A stretch of DNA of 64,000 bases from Podarcis gaigeae (Eukaryota), in assembly GCA_964106915.2 (NCBI GenBank), contig OZ066919.1; one strand, 5' to 3'. The notes under the pieces were generated by a model, which was given only the letters and a program-made list of their open reading frames with translations, did no database searches and was not told the origin of the DNA. Positions 59,201-64,000 of this stretch are shown here, piece after piece; within the stretch, counting starts at the first letter, position 1, and each line of letters starts with the position of its first letter. Position numbers and translations under genes: made by a program.

Positions 59201-59240
59201 CGGGTACCTTACGGCTACCACTCCCGAATCTGAACTGTGA
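44074..59240 (+). CDS. SLC6A17: SLC6A17 (NTT4/XT1), sodium-dependent neutral amino acid transporter, 11 coding exons, 725 aa
   Basis: Exons 44074-44353, 48087-48244, 49090-49216, 49954-50135, 51332-51442, 52871-53112, 53750-53942, 54905-55097, 57412-57571, 57851-58013, 58872-59240 total 2178 nt in frame. SLC6 signature [19 protein letters not shown]-terminus MPKHSKVTQ and C-terminus TPESEL match recalled SLC6A17 rather than SLC6A15. Confidence 0.97.
44836..45195 (-). mobile_element. Sauria SINE, full length, young
   Basis: Near-identical reverse complement of 23761-24118; 11-bp TSD TTGGTGGTGAA (44825-35, 45196-206). Confidence 0.9.
47194..47251. repeat. Compound (GAT)n(AAT)n microsatellite
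   Basis: Read directly. Confidence 0.9.
48087..48244 (+). CDS. SLC6A17: SLC6A17 coding exon ([36 protein letters not shown]...ASCL)
   Basis: tgtcag| acceptor, |gtaagt donor. Confidence 0.95.
49090..49216 (+). CDS. SLC6A17: SLC6A17 coding exon ([16 protein letters not shown]...NGTVA)
   Basis: tgccag| acceptor, |gtgagt donor. Confidence 0.95.
49954..50135 (+). CDS. SLC6A17: SLC6A17 coding exon ([17 protein letters not shown]...KGIQSSGK)
   Basis: tttcag| acceptor, |gtaagt donor. Confidence 0.95.
50802..51158. mobile_element. Tc1/mariner-superfamily MITE nested in an older repeat
   Basis: TA|CTGCATTAGCCTGAATATAAGCC...GGCTTATATTCAGGCCAGTACGG|TA; several internal GAATATAAGCC motifs. Confidence 0.7.
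51332..51442 (+). CDS. SLC6A17: SLC6A17 coding exon ([37 protein letters not shown])
   Basis: actcag| acceptor, |gtaagc donor. Confidence 0.95.
52871..53112 (+). CDS. SLC6A17: SLC6A17 coding exon ([27 protein letters not shown]...EKCVV)
   Basis: ttacag| acceptor, |gtaagt donor. Confidence 0.95.
53470..53630 (-). mobile_element. Old CORE/MIR-like SINE
   Basis: TTTATCCTCACGACAACCTTGTTAGGTAGG...CTTCATGGCTGAGTGGGAA...AACCACTGCACCACACTGGCT pattern. Confidence 0.5.
53750..53942 (+). CDS. SLC6A17: SLC6A17 coding exon ([16 protein letters not shown]...CLLEDELNK)
   Basis: ccatag| acceptor, |gtatgt donor; not in the ORF track, read manually. Confidence 0.94.
54905..55097 (+). CDS. SLC6A17: SLC6A17 coding exon ([25 protein letters not shown]...KEALT)
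   Basis: gtacag| acceptor, |gtaagt donor. Confidence 0.95.
57412..57571 (+). CDS. SLC6A17: SLC6A17 coding exon ([22 protein letters not shown]...WIYGTK)
   Basis: ttacag| acceptor, |gtaagc donor. Confidence 0.95.
57851..58013 (+). CDS. SLC6A17: SLC6A17 coding exon ([14 protein letters not shown]...YNAWIREE)
   Basis: tcctag| acceptor, |gtgagt donor. Confidence 0.95.
58872..59240 (+). CDS. SLC6A17: SLC6A17 terminal coding exon ([12 protein letters not shown]...TTPESEL*)
   Basis: ttccag| acceptor, TGA at 59238-59240. Confidence 0.96.
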   Translation, partial: ATEKYLYYPKWAMGILVSLIILATLPLPVVFILRQFHLVSDGSNALSVTYKKGRIMKDISNLEDNDETRFILSKVPSETPSPMPTHRSYLGPGNTSPMEMSSVANGRYSSGYLTATTPESEL

Positions 59241-62200
59241 CCGTCAGCCAGCAACCTCCCTCTGTTTGCTGGGTAAAGGAGAGGAGGTCCAGGAGAAGGA
59301 ACCTCTGCTTTAGAACCCCTTCCCAGAATTTACAGCAGACAGGGACTAGATGATGTCAAGAGAGGGTAGACGTGGGAAGGGGCCTTCTCCAGCTGAAATG
59401 CCAGATCCCTCCTCAGTGAATAATAGTAATAAGACATTGCAATAAATTTTTATGGGCATAAGGAAATTTTTAGCCAATTGGCATTGAAAAACACAAATTG
59501 CTCCTATATAAGAGGCTGGAAAAGGGGGATTAGTTAAGGCAACAGCCAAAGAAAAGAGCATCATGTTTTCTGGATCTCTCTCCTTGTCCATCCCGTTCCT
59601 CTAGTTGGGAAAAGAGATATGCCTCATTCCACTGAGTATGTTTAACCACCACCGTTCATAGCACAAGGAAGATCAATCCTCTTGGTATGGATTCTACCAG
59701 ACCACCTGTGGTTTTACATTCTAATAATCTCCAAATAGCACATTCTTGGTCAACACTTCTTGCAAGTCTGGGCCAAGATATATTTTATGTAGGCAGCACA
59801 TTACAATGCCTGGCGATGCCATCATGTGATACCTGCCACGTCATTGCTGATGTTGGATCAAAAACAGTAAGGAACAATGGGATCTCGTTTCAGTGAAGTT
59901 TGCATTGGTATGCGTGCTAATGTTACTTGCAGTATTCCTTCACCAAACGTCTGCTCACACAGCGATGCAAATTCAGGTATGTGCCATGTGCATAGGCCAG
60001 AATCAGAAAACTGTTCCATCAATGTAAATTTTCTGGAATTTGTGGTGTCACTCCTGATATCTACATAACTCTGAGCAGGCTGTGACCTCAGCCATTTTAT
60101 CAAATACACCATCTGACATAAACTTTTTCAGTAGCAGCCATACTCTGCAAGCACTGTGAGTGCATGCTGGAGTCTTTTTGCTGTCAGTTTTGCGACATTA
60201 AAAGCACCTTTAAAAATAGTAATAATAATAATAAAGGTTCTTACTGAAGAGAGTGCGCAGCATCTTTCAAGGTAGTCTAAGTGTGTTGGGTCTGTTGCAT
60301 TTTCCATCAGATGATGCAGTCATTGCCTTTTACTCTTGTAACTGTGGCTGTGCATGTGTCACAGTCATCTAGGATGCAGCCGATAACATTTTTAATGAAT
60401 AGTGATTCAGCTCCATCCAACCTCTCGTTAGTCACATTCAGCTGGTGACTGAACCCTATCTTAAAAGTTTTCTATTATTTTCATTTTAGTAACTAAGAGG
60501 TCATGCAGTTCCTGTGTGGGAGTACATACAATGGGATTCTTTAAAAGAATGTTGCTCATATAAGCCACTGAATTTTTTAAAATCTCTTAAAGATTTTTCT
60601 CTCTTTCTTCATTTGCAGTTTGAGCACTCGCCTCTGCACAGTGAGTCTGTGGGAGAGCACATTTTGCCTGCTGGAGAACAGCAGAAGGGCACCGCTGCCA
60701 CAAACCTGCCCCCGAAATGTCAAAGTGCAACAGACTCTAGTGCTGTTGCATATGATATTTATGCTGCCAATGGCTAAATGTGCAGAAGCTGCTTCAAGTG
60801 CTTTATGGTTAAGGTGATTTGAGAGTATATAGTCACGGTCATTGATCTGTAGAAAGATCCATGGCCAAAAGTTATATTGTTTTCTCCTGCTGGAAGAGTA
60901 TAAGATGAGGAAAATGGAACTCTGAGAATCTTTTCATGCTTGCTAACATGGGGGCAGCTTGTCTCATGAGCAGCTCTTTCGTGGCCTTAAGTTAGGGGAC
61001 ATGTCCGGCTCTGGAAGCGCATGCTTGCAGCAGATAGCAGTGGTGGTTCCAGTGACAATTGACTTATCCAACCAGCCGTGCTGTGAAAACCAATTTAAAT
61101 GGCTACCCACAGATACTATCTCCATGCATTCATTGCAACACAGCCTGAGCTTACAATCCTGTGCTCAGGCATTTGGGAGTAGGGTTGAACAGATTGGTCT
61201 ACTTTTCATCCATGTCAGCTTTTCATGTGTTTATTCATAAACCTGTTCTATCATGTTTCCACATTAATTTTCAGATTTCTTTTTTAAAAATCCATATGAA
61301 AATTAAATGTAAATGTAGATTGAAATACATACCTAGAGTGGCTGGGGAGGCCCAGCCAGATGGGTGAGGTATAAATAATAAATTATTATTATTATTATTT
61401 GCATAGTTCATCATAACATATGAATTTTATATATTTATTTGGATTATATATATATCTACACATAAATATATTTCAAGTGTTTCAAAACATATTCAGTATG
61501 AAAATAAAAATAATGGCTACATGCTACATCCCAGCTACTGTAATTTACAGTACAGTACTGTAATTTACAGCTAGTGTAAATACTAAATTTATTGGGTATT
61601 ATGTTACTCCTTTCCCTTTCTCTAGTTGCAAGACCCCTTCCCAAAAGAGGCACTCAGATCCAGTAAGATCCCCCTCCAGGTGCAAAAGGCATGTTAAACA
61701 GAAAGAAAGGAAGGAAGTGAGGACTAACACTAAGTCAAGTTCTGCTGCAGAAAAAAACAATTGTGAATTATGAGTGCCATAGTCTTTTTTTAAAAAACAA
61801 CAACAACAGCAACCACATTTTGGTACATTTTTAGGCCAAGTAGTGAATTGTAAAATTTGGAGAAGTGCGAAATCCAAAGCATAATTGCATTTCAATCCAT
61901 GTATTAGTCTGGGAGGTGTGAATGAGATCAGTTCACTTAAAATGCAGACTAAACCAAATTCTTCTCCATCCCTACCTTGGTGTAAGCACCACTGAACATA
62001 GTGGGAATTCTGAGAAAATATGTACAGGCTTGCACTTGTAGTGGGAATTTCTCCCCACATCACTGTAGCTCTCCTCGCCCCCTCCAATCAAACAGGCTTG
62101 TTGTAGCTCAGGAAACCCCCCCAGACCTGGCTGTTCTGTGTTGTGGACCTTGCTGCACTGGTGCAGTTGCCATGGCAAACAGTTCTGTGTTACTTGACCA

Positions 62201-63085
62201 GAGCACCTGCTGTCTTTTGCCATTAGCAGTAGCTACTCTCCGCAGAGTCTCGGCTTGTGGAAACTTTTCAGCACTTCTTAGACTCCCAGAACCTAGAGTA
62301 CAAAAAAAAAAAGGAAGACATTTAGTGAGGTGGCAATCCATCCTAGGTCCTGCTGGAACCGAAGGGAATTTGTCATATCAGTTGGAAAGCTCCTTGTGTC
62401 CTGGTTTGATTTTGCCTCTTCTTCGGCATGCAAAATCTCCCCGCTACTCTTTCCCCACTCTCTGCTTTACCCTCTTAAGGCAGGAGTAACCAGTGTGCTG
62501 TTGTCCAGGTGTAGCTGCTCTCCAACCCCCTCCAGCTCCACTCAGCATGGCATGGCCAATGGTCCAGGAAAATGGGAACTGTAGTCTGGCAACACTTTAA
62601 GGGCATGCCTCCAGATGGCTATGCCTGCTATCGTTCTTCTGATTCAATTCACCGGAAGCCTCTTGCAGCCTCCTTGAATAAATTCCACTCTGTATTATTT
62701 GTTTAGTCCCTGTAGAATTTCTCTTGAGTTGCTTCATGCAGACTCTGGGCCTCTGGGGAGCTTAGGTGCTTTGGAAACCAATCCCTTTGCCTGACAATAT
62801 TTTTTAATAGATGCATCTCTGAACCCCCTAAGCAAAAATTAGCTGAACTCTACACGGCCCTTTGAAAGTGAGGAAATGGAGAGATTGTCAAGTCTGTTTC
62901 AGTGTGAGTCAGCAACGGAAGCAAGCGATGAAGCCTGGCTTCCCAACACAACCTTTTCCTCTCTTTGCCTTTATCCCTTTAGCTTAATATAGCTGGAAAG
63001 GGTATGGGTATCCTCTTTTTTTAAAAAAAAACAACAACCCTACATTGAGACACACCAATAAATGTTAGTGTCTATTTTGTATGGG
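59241..63085 (+). other. SLC6A17: Probable long SLC6A17 3' UTR with several candidate poly(A) signals (end uncertain)
   Basis: AATAAA at 59441, ~60230, ~61502, ~62677 and 63057; no further exons recognised. Confidence 0.45.
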
Positions 63086-64000
63086 AATGAAAAATGTCAA
63101 GGCTTATTCATTATGGAACGGCAGGTTGTGTTGTCAGGATAATGCCAGGCATGTGAAAAGGGAGCAGAACACCAGACTGTCTAAAATCCACATTCTCTCT
63201 GGTTCCTGAAACAAAGAGCTGCTTTTTGGGGTTTACTGATTATTTGGTTTGCCTGTGCCATTGCATATGCATGCCAGTAGTTCATCGCTTTTTACACTTT
63301 GGCAAGACAATGGCCCTCTTTCTGTTCTCTGTTCTGATTTGGCTTCACTCTGGTTTGTTTGAGTTTGGTCTGCTTTTTAAAGCAGGAATATCCTGATTTG
63401 CACTTCCTAGATGAATACATAGATTTGGATGCAGCCATCCTTTTGCACTTCTCTGGATTTTGTGATTTTTACACTCAAAATGTACAAATACGTAAAATGC
63501 ATATTTTAGATTAGAATGTGTATGAAATTTGTGCACTGTGAAAAAATACATTTAAAAATAATGTTGATTTTTCTGTTTTGTTTTGTTTTAAAATAACCAC
63601 TGATTGCTGCAAAAACATAAAGGAACAGACTTATGAATGAACACATGCAAAGCTGATCAATCCATCCCTAGTGCCAGTGGGTGGCAGTGTTTTGCTACGT
63701 CCAACCTCAAGGTTGCTCCACACATTTGAGGCTCCCTTGTTTTCTCTGTACAGTTTTGCATGCAGGTACACGGCCAAAGGATGTGAATTAAGCAGTACGC
63801 AGTAGCACGTTTGTAGGATAAGTGCAGCACTTCCCCAGGCCCCACCCAGCAATTATGGGAATTGTTCAAAGCCTCTTCATGTACTGCTGGTTTACACTAA
63901 TATTTCCCCACGCAGTGGTGTGATCCTGTAAAGAAAACACATGGAGACCTTGAATATGTGACATGACCCAAAAGCATTTAAATTGCAGGGAAGAAAGAAT

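Noticed and set aside
59238-59244. Stop-codon readthrough at SLC6A17 (TGACCG) or STRIP1 (TGACGT)
   Set aside because: Neither has the strong TGACTAG context, and the SLC6A17 end (ESEL) looks like a PDZ-type terminus that needs a free C-end.
61599-62489. Two 162-aa ORFs on opposite strands
   Set aside because: No recognisable domain or coding-like composition; they lie in the probable 3' UTR and include homopolymer-derived runs.
1-64000. Prokaryote-type systems (CRISPR array, operons, defence or toxin modules)
   Set aside because: The sequence is spliced vertebrate DNA; no regularly spaced repeat-spacer array or operon structure is seen.

Overview
Vertebrate (non-prokaryotic) genomic DNA, most likely from a squamate reptile. 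A lacertid-type lizard is inferred from Sauria SINEs, a BovB LINE and tRNA/CR1 SINEs. All three genes are on the + strand. (1) The 3' 18 coding exons of STRIP1 (378-13499; the first exons lie upstream of the window). (2) An intact, intronless UBL4B retrogene (18018-18590). (3) The complete SLC6A17/NTT4 gene: CpG-island promoter at ~31.4-32.5 kb, non-coding exon 1, 11 coding exons at 44074-59240 giving 725 aa, and a long 3' UTR. In mammals the order is STRIP1-ALX3-UBL4B-SLC6A17; here no ALX3 is visible and STRIP1 and UBL4B are only ~4.5 kb apart. The rest is intronic or intergenic DNA with many MITEs, SINEs and LINE fragments. The most notable observations are: the ALX3 gap; a syntenic reptile UBL4B with a CRE/CCAAT promoter and a C-terminal KxTQT dynein-light-chain motif; an inverted pair of REST/RE1 sites in SLC6A17 intron 1; a perfect 29-bp hairpin inside a MITE; and a rearranged BovB insertion. 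I see no CRISPR, operon-like or wholly new system. Homology calls come from recalled protein and repeat sequences, not from database searches. Most entries in the ORF track are spurious.
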